NCBI GenBank assembly: GCA_964106915.2
Contig: OZ066919.1
Length of the DNA: 64,000 nt
DNA from: Podarcis gaigeae
Taxonomy: Eukaryota
Reading direction: 5' to 3' (one strand)
Shown here: one piece after another, positions 49,501 through 62,681 of the stretch
How positions within the stretch are numbered: position 1 is the first letter of the stretch
Layout of the letters: every line of letters starts with the position of its first letter
Position numbers and translations under genes: made by a program
Notes under the pieces: model-generated
Seen by the model: only the letters and a program-made list of their open reading frames with translations
What the model was told of the DNA's origin: nothing
Databases searched by the model: none

Positions 49501-50519
49501 ATGGATCTGTAGCTAGCTCTTACATTCTCCTCCAAAGGTGTTCAGCTGCATGATAACATGAATGAAGATATTATGGTTTATTTATATACCACCTTTTGGA
49601 CTGAAGGCCGTCAAAGCAGCAAACAGAATATTAATACAATATTGAATGGAGGCAGGGAGCTTTGCTCTGAACGCTAGTCTGTAGCCCAGAATCTGGACAC
49701 AGCTTTGGATGCTTAAGGCCTGGACCTCAGAGATGCTCTTCAGTTTCTCAAGAAGCCAAATACTCAATTTTATCTATCAAATGTTGTAGACTGGTACATC
49801 TTAGAAAAGAACAGAACCTACTGTTGGAATACTGCTGGGAAGACAGGCAGGCATCAGGCAGGCCCCCAGCTGGCTCCAGCCACTGGCCGGCAGCCGGTCT
49901 CCCTTGGAACAGCATCAAACAGCGACACGAGCCTCAGATACGTTTAGAGACCCGGGCACGCTCTGTCAGCAGAGTGTGTAAATCATCTCACAGCAGAAGA
50001 GGCAGACAGAGAGATGTGTAAGCATAACGTACAGCATTTTATTCAGCGTAGTTCAGGAACAGAGGAACATGTCAGCTTCCCTTCGTCTCCAGCAAAACAG
50101 CAGTAACACAAAAGCTATATACAAACGGAAGTTCCCAGCAGACTGTGCTGGAAGTAAACAGGCTTGTGACACACAACGGTCATGTCTGTACCCTTTTAAG
50201 GTGGAACAGAACTATATCCTAACACCTACAACCCCATCTACTTCTTCATTTGTACACAATTACATTTGAATCTACCTGCTTAGGATTGCAGCTGGGACAC
50301 AGCCAGATACAGGAATTGCCCATGAGCACAATGCTGCAACTCATGGCACTGCATTGCCACCAGGGTTGAAGCATGGATCAGGCACTGGTACAGCAACATG
50401 GAAGACCTTCCACTCTACTTGTCTATTCATACCAGCATAAGCTCAAAAAACTTGTCTTGTTGCTTTCCAGAGATATTTCTCTTAGGTTGGCCATCAAGCA
50501 GAGCAAGGAATAAACTATA

Positions 50520-50887
50520 GGGTCGCGGGTGGTGCTGTGGTCTAAACCACTGAGCCTAGGGCTTGCTGATTGGAAGGTCATGATTCGAATCCCTGTGAAG
50601 GGGTGAGCTCCCATCGCTTGGTCTAATCTCCTGCCAACCTAGCAGTTTGAAAGCACGTCAAAGTGCAAGTAGATAAATAGGTACCGCTCTGGCAGGAAGG
50701 TAAACGGCGTTTCCATGCACTGCTCTGGTTTCGCCAGAAGCAGCTTAGTCATGCTGGCCAAATGACCCAGAAAACTGTCTGCGGACAAATGTTGGCTCCC
50801 TCAGCCAGTAAAACGAGATGAGCGCCACAACCCCAGAGTCATTCACGACTGGGCTTAACTGTCAGGGGTCCTTTACCTTTACCTTTA
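50520..50887 (+). mobile_element. Sauria SINE
   Basis: Colinear with 32691-33045; (ACCTTT)n tail. Confidence 0.9.
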
Positions 50888-52586
50888 AGCTTGTTGATAC
50901 ATACTGAACGGTCATAGAAGGTATGCCATGAAGCTCAGGAAAATACAGTCTAGGTCTAACTGACCTTCCCCCAAACTTGACTTTTCAGTTTTTCAGCAAT
51001 TCTCACACAAAACAGAATGCAAATAGTTCATTGTATCAGTGAAAGAGAGAAACCAACCCCCATGTTCCAGGCTTAAGTCCAAAGTCACTAATGATTTCAG
51101 AATTTCTTAAATGGAGGCAAATTATCCCACATAATGGACTGTGAGTTATCTGTGTGCTCTTGCACCCTCCTCTGAAGCATCTGGTGCTAGCTGTCATTTC
51201 AGAAAGAGGAAATTTTGGCTAGATAGGCCAACTCATTGATATTGTCTGGCTGTTTCTACATTTCTAGCCTCCACACAAAAAGAAAGGAACAACATGTGCA
51301 CTGGAGTAGAAACATATAGAAGATTTTGATCTTTTAGATTGCCTACAGACATGACTCAGTCAAAGCCTTTTTTAAAAGGAAAAATGGCAGCAGATGAGGC
51401 AGGTTATTAAACTAACCTAAAGAAAAATCCCTTCTGGTTCACAGGAAATCCAAAGAGAATAGTTGGGTGGGGGGAGGAAAGAAGCAGAAAAGAGGAGACT
51501 GTGGCCTGCACTGTGGAACAGCACCAAACCACGTGGCAAGAATAGATCTGTAAAGTATGCTTGCAACGCTTTTTAGAAAGATGAGCCCCAAACAATTATT
51601 CTTTCTGGCACCAAAAGGGCACAAAAATCAATTGAAATACATTTCTCCACAGACAGAAGCAGACGACCACTGAGGTATGACATCACTTCCTCCTCTAGAG
51701 CTAAAAGCAGCTTTAGGCTCAAACTTCTATGCAAGGGATTTCACCCGATGCTTGTTTTACACTGATCCAAATCTTTCAATGCTTTAGGGTTCCTTTTCCG
51801 GTGCAAAATTAGACTCCTGCCTAAAATGTCTTTCCCTTAGACAAACCTAGCTTACTGGTGAACCAACGTAGCACAGAAACAATCCTTTCTGTGGGGGTGA
51901 CTTCCCTCTTACTGCTTCAGAGTTATCAACCCTGATCCTGCTTCAGTGCCTCGGTCACCATGTAATGATAATGAAGGGGAAGGAGAGGGTCACTGTGGGC
52001 AGAAGAACCTGTTTACTTCCTTTTTATAAAAGCAAACAAGCTTGGAGAAGTTCACTCTGGTACTGGAGGGACAAGAGCCAACTGCCCAGGTTAAAATGGG
52101 CTTGTAAAGATGTGAAAATATTCTTGAAATCAGGGACATTGTTGTGCGCAAGAGTGTAGCCCTACTGCTATCTTTTCCTTAAAAAAATAAGTGACTACAT
52201 GAGCACTCGTGTGGCTAAGCAAAGTTTCAAATCTGCACCAGGATAGAAAAGTATCATGGACACTATCCAGAATATAGCTGGGAATGTTACACTGATGTGG
52301 ATGGGTGTGCATGTATAATTTGTCATAACAGCATGGATCTGAGCCGACACTTAAATTTTCCATGGTACAATTTATCATAATTTGCAAAACTAGTTTTAAT
52401 CATGATGGGGCATGAAAGGTAGGGGTGGAATATGCCAAGGCAAGGAAGTCTCTATTACCTCCAAGTCCTTGAAATCATATCATAAACACAAATATATTGA
52501 TAGAATTTGAACAACTGCAAATATGTGCCTAATCTTCATATTGTTTCATATTCTCTTTTGGAATGGATATAGTCCTGAGAGTAACA

Positions 52587-53064
52587 CAGGCTTCCCCTCA
52601 CTTATGCGGGGATTATGTTCTGGGCCATTGTGCGCCTAAGTAAAATTGCATAAAGTGGGGAGCACCCTCTAAAATGCCTCTAAATGCCTATTTCCCCCAG
52701 CTCTCCAGCTTTAACACCTGCTCCCTCACCAATTGGTACCAAAATATCTAGAGTTGAAGCTCTGGGACCAACTGGAGGAGGCATGGGAAAGCGGTGGCAG
52801 TGGTTGCGCTACCTTGCTCATCACCTATTAGGCAGGGAGGCTGAGTAGCTTAAAGAAAGCCTCACTGCACCTCAGGTGTCTTTGGTCATCCGCCCTCAGC
52901 GACATCCTCTTTGGGCTCCAGAGAGTCTCCTTTCAAGCTACAAGGACTCTTCAGCTCTCTCCCACCATTTCCTGGCATGATTCTATTTATTTATTTTCCA
53001 GCACGATGCCTATATGTGGTAGCATGCAAGTAGAACACGCCTAAGTGGGGGAGGAGTGCTTGTA
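52587..53064. mobile_element. Degenerate Tigger-like non-autonomous DNA transposon
   Basis: caggcttcccctcacttatgcg ... cgcctaagtgggggaggagtgcttgta inverted ends. Confidence 0.45.
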
Positions 53065-53139
53065 TAAGGCTGGACGGTATATGGTTGTTGACCTCTTGCT
53101 AAAAGCCTAAGCCTGAAAGTCTAAGCCTCAGGGTGAAAG

Positions 53140-53425
53140 TCCAGAGGGAGGCAACACGAGAAAGGGCCTTCTCTGCAGTGGCTCCCCATCTGTGGAACGC
53201 TCTCCCCAGGGAAGTTCACTTGTTGCCTTCACTACCTTTAGGCACCAGGCAAAAATGTTCCTTTTGAACCAGGCCTTTGGGTGATCCGATTTACATCCCC
53301 ATACTCTTTTAAAATGTGGCTCTTTGGAGGGGGGTATTATTGGGTTACTGCTTTTATTTTAATTTTATAATTTTAATTTTATATACTGTAATCTGTTTAT
53401 GTGAACCGCTGAGAGACCTCCGGGA
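53140..53425 (+). mobile_element. L2 LINE 3' fragment
   Basis: Encodes RAFSAVAPHLWNALPREV; T-rich 3' UTR ending gtgaaccgctgagagacc. Confidence 0.75.
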
Positions 53426-54637
53426 CTGACACAGGTGCTAGGACCCAAAAGACACAATCCTGAATCATCCCAAAACCCACCTTCTTGTAACTTTTTCCCT
53501 CTTTCTTTTTTTGCTTTTCTCCTAGCTCCCCCCCCCCCCCGCGCAACAAAAAAGCTTGAGTTCTGCAAAGTGTTCATTTCTCAAAATTATGAATATTTAT
53601 GACTACCAGCTAAACAGCTTCAGCATTTACTTTGACTGTTCTACCCAGTAACTATAAGCCATTACTTCTGGAAAGTTCTGAGCACTTAATCCTCAGAGTA
53701 AGTGATCTCGCTCAATGCATGTGTGCAAAGAAACCCATTAATTTCACAACTGTCCCCTTTTCCTCATACATGCGTAAAAACCACCGTGTTTTAACTGTCA
53801 CACATACTAATTTGCTGCTGCATACGTTCAGGAAATATGCAGATTACAACACGGGAAGCTGGATTTATATTGCTCTTTTTGTGGCAATTTTAAATCTCCA
53901 TGATTTAAACTGAATCCACCCTGCTAAGCCTTCATTTAGTCATTACAGTCACTGCAAATACATTGCATGGTAGAAGCAAAAAGGGCAAGATCAGCTTAAT
54001 TCATTTTATTTTGTTGTAGCCTCATAATTCTAAAACCCATGTAAAACCAGAGAAGCAGACAAATTTTCCCCCATATTAGGTTTATATGACTATATGGAGC
54101 AATGGAATATGCCCATCAGCTCTGAGAATCATAATTACATGTATATGCAAGTTAGCCAACAGTCTCTGACTCATTATATCCATACTAGGATAAAAATCCT
54201 CCAAGCAATAATGCATTTTTTTTAATTAAGCAAAACACAGGCACAGTCTCACTAGACTTAATGCGCTGATGATACAGTTCAATGTCATTCATTCAGTTTA
54301 GCAGCCGATCTCACACACCCTTTGAGAAGGTAGATGTTCAGAAATATTACATGTGAAGGACAACTACAGGGTCTCTGTGAGACTGCTGTTCCCTGAATGT
54401 CAGAGCTAACAGGTGTCAAAGTCAAGCACTTGGGCGACTATGAAGGGATCAGAGTTTGAAAGACGGAAATGACATAAAGATAAGCTTTCAAGCCATTGCA
54501 ACTGAGCAAGGCTACCCATGCACTGCAAATGAACGAATGCCTCTAGAATATCATTAAATGCTGATAGCTAGAAATAGGTTTTGCATACAGATTCTTAAGG
54601 GGGGGGGGTGCTACAGAATTGCCATACAGCTCGTTAC

Positions 54638-54757
54638 CTTTGCGGCAAATTTGCTCTGAGCGCTCCTAAATAAGGTGGTCCTGGCTGTGAAAAAACAGTC
54701 CTCCAAGTCTTCATCCAAACTACAGTAGCCACTGCTCATGCTGTTGTCGACCGTCAT
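54638..54757 (-). CDS. RASSF5: RASSF5 isoform C (NORE1B/RAPL) first coding exon (MTVDNSMSSGYCSLDEDLEDCFFTARTTLFRSAQSKFAAK)
   Basis: ATG at 54757, |gtaacg donor in phase 0; human MTVDSSMSSGYCSLDEELEDCFFTAKTTFFRNAQSKHLSK. Confidence 0.96.
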
Positions 54758-55400
54758 CCGAGAGGGGATCCCTGGTCCTGGGCGCACGTGAAGCCCTCCA
54801 GTGAGCCAGAGAGCCAGGTAACCATCGGATTCTCCGCTCACTGCGGCAGCAGCGCTGTTTCCCAATCCAGTTCCAGGCAAACACAGCAGCAGCAGCAGCA
54901 AGCAAGCAAGCACGGCTTCAGCCTCTCCAGCTCCCACTTGCCATGCTTTGCAACAGTTTTCCTCTGCTGAGCAAACCCGGTGACGTCTCCTTTAAGGGAG
55001 AAACGAGCCTTGCTGGGGATCACCTCTCCTCTCTTCAGCCACCAACCTCCCTTCTCGGACTAAGCATTGCCAGAAGTGGAGAGGGTGGTGCCAGACCCGA
55101 AGGGGCTTCTCTGCTGCTGCTGCTGCTGGTGGTGGTGGTGGCGGCGGCTGCTCACAAACTCATTCCCCACCCGTGGCTTGATTCTCCTGCCTGCAGCCCA
55201 CGGAGGCTGGTTGCGAGAACGGCATCACCTCCCTCCTTCTCCCCCACCCCTTCCTGCTTGCTTTCTGTCGAGCAGAGTTGAGCCACTTCCTCTTGCAAGA
55301 TTTCTCACGCAGTTTCTGCAGCGGGTTCTTAACGGGGAGGCTGTCAGCATCTCAGCTGATTTTGATTGGCACCGTTTGAGACACACACACACACAGAGAA
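54758..55400 (-). promoter_or_regulatory. RASSF5: Internal promoter and 5' UTR region of RASSF5C
   Basis: Local CpG/GC enrichment without recognisable TEs, CRE-like TGACGTCT at 54981-54988, short (CTG)n/(GGT)n runs, directly upstream of the first exon. Confidence 0.6.
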
Positions 55401-56549
55401 GTCGATTTACACCATCAGGGGAGGAGACAGCCTGCTCCTAGCTCCTCAGTGTCCATAACAACATTCACAAAAGGTAGGGACAGAGATGAGAACAGCTGAT
55501 TAAAAATATATCACTTAACCAACCTCCAATGCACTGCTCTCCAGGTGCATATTCTTTGGTAATTTAATGCATTCCTTATCTTGCACGAAAGCTGTCCAAA
55601 ACCAACCTCATCCATTTCATCTTTGCCCAGAAACTGCTTTAACTAGTTTTGGTAAAAACAAACAAACCTTACAGTGGTAAAAGCTAGGAATGGTCATGGG
55701 GTGTGGTGATGCAGAGCAAGGCTACTTAGAAGTCTACAAACAGCACCTCCCATTCACTTTTAAAAGTAGAAGTTAAACATCTATTGGAGATTTAAAAACA
55801 AAATACTAATCTCTAGAGACACAATATGCCACCTGTCATGATGGTGCTTCTACACTCAGTCCCAGCCCTGAAAACTAACCAGTTGGATTGGTGCAAAATG
55901 AGAGAGAGATGGATAGATTCCCCTAGCAACACTCCAGTGAAGGAACCAGCCAGTGCCTCTTGTGTTCTGCAGCTAATTTTAGAACAGTCAGGATGATTTT
56001 TCAGCATAGCTGGCACAAAAAGAAATCGCAGTTTTGATCATAACCTTAGCAATCGCCATTCATCAGGTTAGACTTTTCCATTTGTCACCTATTGCTCTGT
56101 TAGAGGCACTTGAAGCACAGTTCTTTTGAGCATAAGTCAGAAAGCCCAGAATATTTTACTGCCTTTGATTTCTCAAGGCTAGGCTGAAGTCCTGCTCTCA
56201 ACTACCTTCCTTCCTTCAGCATCTGAGCCACCAGGTTAACTGTCTCCAAGAATACTGGCATGTGCTTTGAAACAAAAGCCTACCCCGCTGCCCACCCCCA
56301 CCCCCAAATTCTCCACAGGCCACCTGTCCAGTTACATAAGTTCAGTATGCGCCTTCCTTTGCAAAAACAGCATTTTAAAATGTGTCTGCGGTCACTCTCC
56401 ACACATAAGCACACTCCCTCCGCACAACCTGCCATGCTCCTCCTTTCCCACTTGTTTGCTTCCACACCCAACACCTAATAATGCTGTCAAAGGGAAAGAT
56501 AAGTCTCCCAGTGCAGCAGGGTTAGCTGCCACTTCTCACTCCTGTTTAA

Positions 56550-56904
56550 AGGTAAAGGTAAAGGGACCCCTGACCATTAGGTCCAGTCGTGGCCAGCTCT
56601 GGGGTTGCGGCGCTCATCTCGCTTTATTGGCCGAGGGAGCCAGCGTACAGCTTCTGGGTCATGTGGCCAGCATGAGTAAGCCGCTTCTGGCGAACCAGAG
56701 CAGCGCACAGAAATGTCGTTTACCTTCCCGTCAGAGCGGTACCTATTTATCTACTTGCACTTTGACGTGCTTTTGAACTGCTAGGTGGGCAGGAGCAGGG
56801 ACCGAGCAACGGGAGCTCACCCCGTCGGGCGGATTCGAACTGCCAACCTTCTGATCGGCAAGTCCTAGGCTCTGTGATTTAACCCACAGCACAACCCGCG
56901 TCCC
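56550..56904 (-). mobile_element. Young Sauria SINE with 13-bp TSD
   Basis: cactcctgtttaa at 56537-56549 and 56905-56917; (AAAGGT)n tail; many CpGs retained. Confidence 0.92.
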
Positions 56905-58272
56905 CACTCCTGTTTAAGGAAAGCCAAATACAGCTCCCAGATTTGCTGCCATGGAGCTACCCATGCCCTCCCCCTCCACCTTCATGCCAGGCGGGTCCCA
57001 GTATCCTGAACTTAGTGCTTGGATGCACTCTAAAGGACTAAAAGCACTCTCTCCCATTCTTTAACTTCCCTAAGAAATTATGCTTACAATATTTATGAAA
57101 TATAATCTCATTTTCAAAAGCCGTTTTGAAAATCTAAGGAGTCTTAACACAAAGCCTTCTATAGGATCTACACAGTTACCACAAGTGGAGGCTGATGCAT
57201 AGGGAAATGGAGCACTGTCCTGCCAAACTCAGCCTGCCCCCAACCAGCCCCCATCTGCCTGCCTCCTTATTTGCAACCAGCCCAGTGGGTGACAATGGAT
57301 GCCAGCCTCCTCTTCCTCCTCAAGCTCACTGTTGCCCATGTAGAACTCAACAGGGAGGAGGATGGGGACAAAACCAGAATGAGTTAGCTCTATCTATCAT
57401 TGGCTCCAGCTTCACTTGCTATTGCCTCTGGCACCACCTGCTGTTGGTCTCCCTGCCTTCCACCCTATTAGTCCGAATGGTCACCAGCCTCCACTGGCCA
57501 CCACTTCACAGCTAAACCTTCTTGCTCAGAGAGCAGATGTAAAAATGTTCTTCAGCATCTTGCAATATTATGGTTCTCCTTTGACAACCAACAAGAACCT
57601 GTGTACTAAAGCAAGACACACCAGGGCACAAAAATCAGCAAGTCTTGTACACATTGATGGGATAGCAGTGGCTATACAGGAAATAAATGCTGAATTGATG
57701 GTTGACAGCTCAATTAAAAAGTCTTAGTTTATACTGTGCAGCTTCTTTTTAAAAAGGCATGTGGAATAGGGTAAAAAATGCAATGACCAGTATCATGACG
57801 CCATTAAACTAAATCTATGGTAATGCTATATTTGGACTACTCCATTAAGTAGTGAAGTTTAACTGCCTTGGGGTCCAAGAATCTACAAACAGCCATATTT
57901 TCCCAAATAAACCTGCATACAGGTTGAAGCTTCTTCAGAGGCCTTTCTTTGAGCGGTGCCACCTTCAGAAGTTAGACTTTGATCCTTTTCAATAGCAGTG
58001 CCCAAGCCATAGAACACCCCCCCCCCACAAAGATGTATCTGCTGGGTTGCCTTCCCTGCAATCTCTAGGTGCCAGGCAAAACCCATCATGCCCTTCCATA
58101 TCGTTAGCTGTAAGTAATGTTTGTGACTCTTGTTGCCTTCGCTGCTTATCAGATTTCGCTTGGTTTTACAAGTTGATCTCCCCTGCCTCAGATTGTATAA
58201 TTAGTTTATCTTTCATATTTCTATCTTTCAGTTTTTCCATTTTGTATTGTAAGCTGAACTGAAGCTACATCT

Positions 58273-58690
58273 AAGAACATAAGGAGAGCCCTGCTGGGTA
58301 AGGGTCAAAGCCTATCTAGTTCAGCATCCCGTTTCTGACAATGGCCAAATAGATACCTATGGGAAGCCTGCAAGCAGGGCATGATGTTTGTTTCCCAGGA
58401 CCAGGTATTCAGAGCCATGCTCAGTGGCGAATCTGCATGCTCCGCTACTGGGAGAGGAGAACAGGCGTGGGCATGGCATGCATCATGAGGGCATGGCACG
58501 CTGCCTGTGGGGGTGTGGTGTCCGGCGCTTGGGGGTGCGTGACGCGTATCTGGGGAGGGGGGCCACTGCGATGGCACCCTACCGGAATAGTGATACTGGG
58601 GGCGGTCCGCTCCACCCGCATCTCCATTCCTCCGCCAGTGGCCATGCTGCCACTGATTCTGGAGGTAGTATACTTCCTGTTTTCAATATT
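58273..58690 (-). mobile_element. CR1 3' UTR fragment interrupted by a hAT MITE
   Basis: aagaacataaggagagccctgctgg ... ctagttcagcatcc; resumes after 58648 (ctgccactgattctggagg). Confidence 0.6.
58422..58640 (+). mobile_element. GC-rich hAT MITE (family of 29695/30158) with perfect 8-bp TSD
   Basis: gccatgct at 58414-58421 and 58641-58648; ends cagtggcg / cgccagtg. Confidence 0.85.
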
Positions 58691-58770
58691 TTAAGCTGTC
58701 CTGGTGTTTGTTAACTGAATAGCAGTAGATTTGGGATAGGCAGAATAAAGTTCTTCTCCATATATAATAA

Positions 58771-58999
58771 GAGCCAGTGTGGTGTAATGGTTAGAGTGCT
58801 GGACTTTGACTTAAGAGGCCAGGGTTTGAATCAGCCTCATGAAGCTCATTGTGTGACCTTGGGCCAGTCACTATTTCTCAGCCTAACCTAACTCAAAGGG
58901 TTGTTGTGAAGATAAAAGAGAGGGGAGAACCACGTACATTGCCTTGAACTCCTTGGAAGAAAATGTGGAATATAAAATTTAATAAACATACAAATAAAA
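58771..58999 (+). mobile_element. tRNA-derived SINE (MIR/CORE-like squamate family)
   Basis: gagccagtgtggtgtaatggttagagtgctggac head, tgaccttgggccagtcac core, A-rich tail. Confidence 0.75.
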
Positions 59000-59101
59000 T
59001 GCATAACTAATACATGTAAATCACTGCCCCAAGATGCGGAGAGGACTATGGAATCAACCCCTATTTGGGCATTCACCTGACTGCACTCCCACATGGGCAG
59101 G

Positions 59102-59287
59102 CAGGGGTGCCAACTTGAAGAAAACATTGTGAGGGCTCAAGTTAGCCCTGCCCTGCATAATTGATCACACAGTGCTCACACATCATCTGAATGGGAATGC
59201 CCATCAACTTTGTGAAGGCCCAACCCCCTGAAATATTTTACTGTGGGAACCAAAGCCCCCACAACCCCTAGGAGTTGGCTCCTATGT
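59102..59287. mobile_element. hAT-like MITE
   Basis: caggggtgccaact ... agttggctcctatg inverted ends. Confidence 0.55.
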
Positions 59288-61726
59288 TGGCAGGGTTGTC
59301 AAATGTGTGGGGAGTCTCTGCACACAGAACAGATTCCTTGCTTCAGACTTTCAAAACGAGGATGGTAGCAGAGCTAGGTCACTGGCGATGCAATGGCAGG
59401 AGTCGGGCCAGCTGCTCTCATGGTCGATATGATTGCACTCATAGGGAACATAATGCCTGTAAAGTGTGTCATGTAGTTTTTTATGGGGATTAAATATAAT
59501 TGACTGAGGTATATCAAAGGCTATGATAGCTAAAGAAACTGTCCTTGTTCTGGGTCAGTGTACCTCTGAATACCTGGGGACAGTGGAAGAAGGCTGCTGA
59601 CTTTATGCCCCTGCTTGTGGGCTTTCTGGAAGCATTTAGCTGAGCACTGTAGGCGGCAGGATACTTGAGTAGATAGATGGAGCCATGACCTGATCCACTT
59701 CTTACATTATTAACTGCAGACTTTTATCTACAAAACTGGGCTAGGTGTGAAGCTGGAACGTGCTATGACAGTAAAATATCACTGGTGGAGATGCAAGGAA
59801 CTTCTATAGGGTTTCTTTTTCAAAAGAGGAAGCTTGTATTGTTGTTGTTTTTTAAAAAAACTTAAATAAGTTATTAGATGACCAGATAAGGACACACACA
59901 GTATTTAAGCAAAACTTTATGTAGAGATTTCTAGAATGCTCAAGTTGACAAGAATGGCACAGCTTGCAAACTTGCACAAGCTTGTCATCATCCTTGGAGC
60001 AGCCTGGTTTCTCATGTTCTCAGCCTTGCATCAACAGAAACTCATCAGCTGCAAAACATCCACTTCTCCCATACACAATTTGCATTGTTGTTATTATTTC
60101 TAGCTAGCAATCCCAACCTGCCGCTCCTGCATTTACAAGTGCTTGCTTTGGATGGGATGTCCCAACCACTTTGCCAGCTCAGCAACACTAAAACAATGAC
60201 ATTACTCCGGGGCTGCACTTTATTTCTTCAAAACAAGCTTTATATTTATGATATGTCTTATTTATTTATATCTTTAACTTGCTCTTCAGCAAAAAGCTCC
60301 CAGAGTGGCTTACATACCATTAACAAACACAAGACAGTCCCTATTTGCTGGCTCCCAATCTGAAAGACATATGACACAAGAGGGAAAAGTGATGGGGAGG
60401 GAAGAGTGCAAGGGGAAGAAGTTCAGGAGCAGGAGCCCAGTGGAGATAGTCTGTCAGCAGAGCTGATGGAATGGGCCCTGCTTCCCATCACTAACACAAC
60501 CTGCTATAATAGCTGCTACCCGGTGATAATGCCATCCACTGCTGCATGATTAGTCATTGTTGCTGACAGAGGCCCCACCTTGTCCAAGCAAGGTTTCCAC
60601 TTTTCCCCATTCAACCGCAGCCTTGGAGTGACTTTCTACAGATCAAAATCAGATTAGGGTCATCAGTTTTAATGCTGGCACTTCAATCACCGCCACCTTC
60701 TATTAGTTTGCTACACCCAAGAGAAAACTGAAGATGCTGATCAGGTGTATGTGGCACGTTAACTGAAGTTTGACAGCCCACGTCCTTTCCAAATTAGTCA
60801 GAGTTGGTCATCTTTCCAAGCCTCCTGAGAAATCACTTTATAACTCCACATCTTAAGACCAGAACAGCAAGCAGGTGACTGTAGGTGTTTCAAAATGACC
60901 CAAGCTAGAAGTTAAAAATATCTAAAGTAAAGACTTTTATTCAAGCCAGAACATGAAAGCATGGGCATTTAGCAATTAAATAAAACATATTTCTCGCTAA
61001 ATGCAGCTGTCAATGTAGAATGGTATGAGTCATAGCTACTGAAGTAGAGGATGAAGGTCCATGATCCAAATTAAGCTTCTCACTTTGGCAAAGTCAAGAC
61101 GCAATATGAGCAATATTCAGATGTGACTAACTGTGTGGATCAGACCTAGATGCATGGACTGTACAAATGCAAGCCTTTAATCTATACATACCGCCATCAG
61201 CTGAGGCAGCAAGGGGTCCTGCTCCACACCACATGTAGCCAGAACACAGAATGATGTGTGAGTAAGGCTGGGAAAGTCACAGATCAAGGTGAAGATGCCC
61301 TGGTAGCTTTAAAATCTGCTGTGTGCATATAAAGCTAAATAAAGACCTGCCAAGTTTGACAGGAAGGAGAGGGAAGACAATACCCAGCTTTCCCTCCTAT
61401 TCCTCCCTCTACCCCACATGCATTTGCCTTAGGACAGTGGAGGAAGTGGGGCTAGACTGGATTTTTTTCAGACCTGTCCCTCATTCTTTCAAACTTAACC
61501 CATCTACCAAACCCTGAGAAGTGGGTTAGAAACACCGGCTGTGTATGCTTTATGGCAATGATTACCAGCTTAAAACACAGCTGTGCCATTCTATACTCGA
61601 TTTGGATTGAAGATGCAATATTTCATAAGTAACAACAGGATAGATATGGATTATCTGCATGCACTCTGCTTCCCAAACCAGCAGTGGGAGTGCACTGGGT
61701 GCAGAGGAAGCGAAAGCATGTGCAAA

Positions 61727-61729
<3 letters not shown>

Positions 61730-61778
<49 letters not shown>

Positions 61779-61826
61779 TTGTTTATACCCCACCCATCTG
61801 GCTGGGTTCCCCCAGCCACTCTGGGC
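61730..61826 (-). mobile_element. About 50-bp 3' end of the L2 family at 4-925 with expanded (ATA)n tail
   Basis: cccatctggctgggttcccccagccactctgggc next to (TAT)n at 61730-61777. Confidence 0.8.
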
Positions 61827-62589
61827 ACAGCCACTCTTTCCTCCCAAACTAGCATTTGGAGATGCTATGCTCTTGTAGCCCCCTACAGAGCAAGGAAAAA
61901 AAATCAAACCAAAGAGTCGGGACAGGAGCTTTATCATCTCAATATGTACATGGGGGAATCACCCATTTTAAAACACCCCTATTTCCCAGAATGGCCCAAG
62001 CTAGCACATGTTGGAGAAAGCCTCTGGTCAAACCATTTCCCTGACCATCACAATCTTGACTTGGGGGTGCTTTCAGTCAGGGAATCCCATGCAGGCAAGT
62101 CTTGAAGGGGCTGGTGTGGGACTCAGGATTGCTGCAGGATTCCCAAGAGGTGGCTGCAGGCCAAAGTGCCCTTTTCAGGGTAAGCTTCTTGATATACGCT
62201 TTGGTTACCTCTAGGCTTGACAAGTGAATGTGCCCTTTGTGAGGTTTGTTGCCTTTGAAAGCTTCTCTGAAAAGTTAATTAGCTCAAAGTGCATCTGATC
62301 TGTTAATTACCAGAAAAAGCCAAAGCGAGCATATTATGCCAGTTCTAAAACAGTTAAGCTGGCTCCCCATTCACTTCAAGACACATTATTTAAAAAATAA
62401 AAATCCCTCAAGGAAGTTCATCTCCCTTACCAGCCTTTGAACAGAGTCAATGGAGATCCAAACCCCACTCATTGTCTAAGGTTAGGCTATGGGCAAAAAG
62501 GAATATGGCCTTCTCAGGGACAGTTCTGCTCTCACCTATTGAATCTGTTTAAAATGTTCCTGTTCCAAAAGCTAGTTTCCCCTACCCAA

Positions 62590-62590
<1 letters not shown>

Positions 62591-62648
<58 letters not shown>

Positions 62649-62681
62649 TCCTTCCTTCCTTCCTTCCTTCTTTCCTTCTTT
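62591..62681. repeat. (TTTC)n/(TTCC)n compound microsatellite
   Basis: Read directly. Confidence 0.95.

Noticed and set aside
56267-56776. 169-aa + ORF
   Set aside because: Runs from unique sequence into an antisense Sauria SINE; not a gene.
61562-62105. ORFs with poly-I/Y/N/L tracts
   Set aside because: Translations of the (TAT)n microsatellite.
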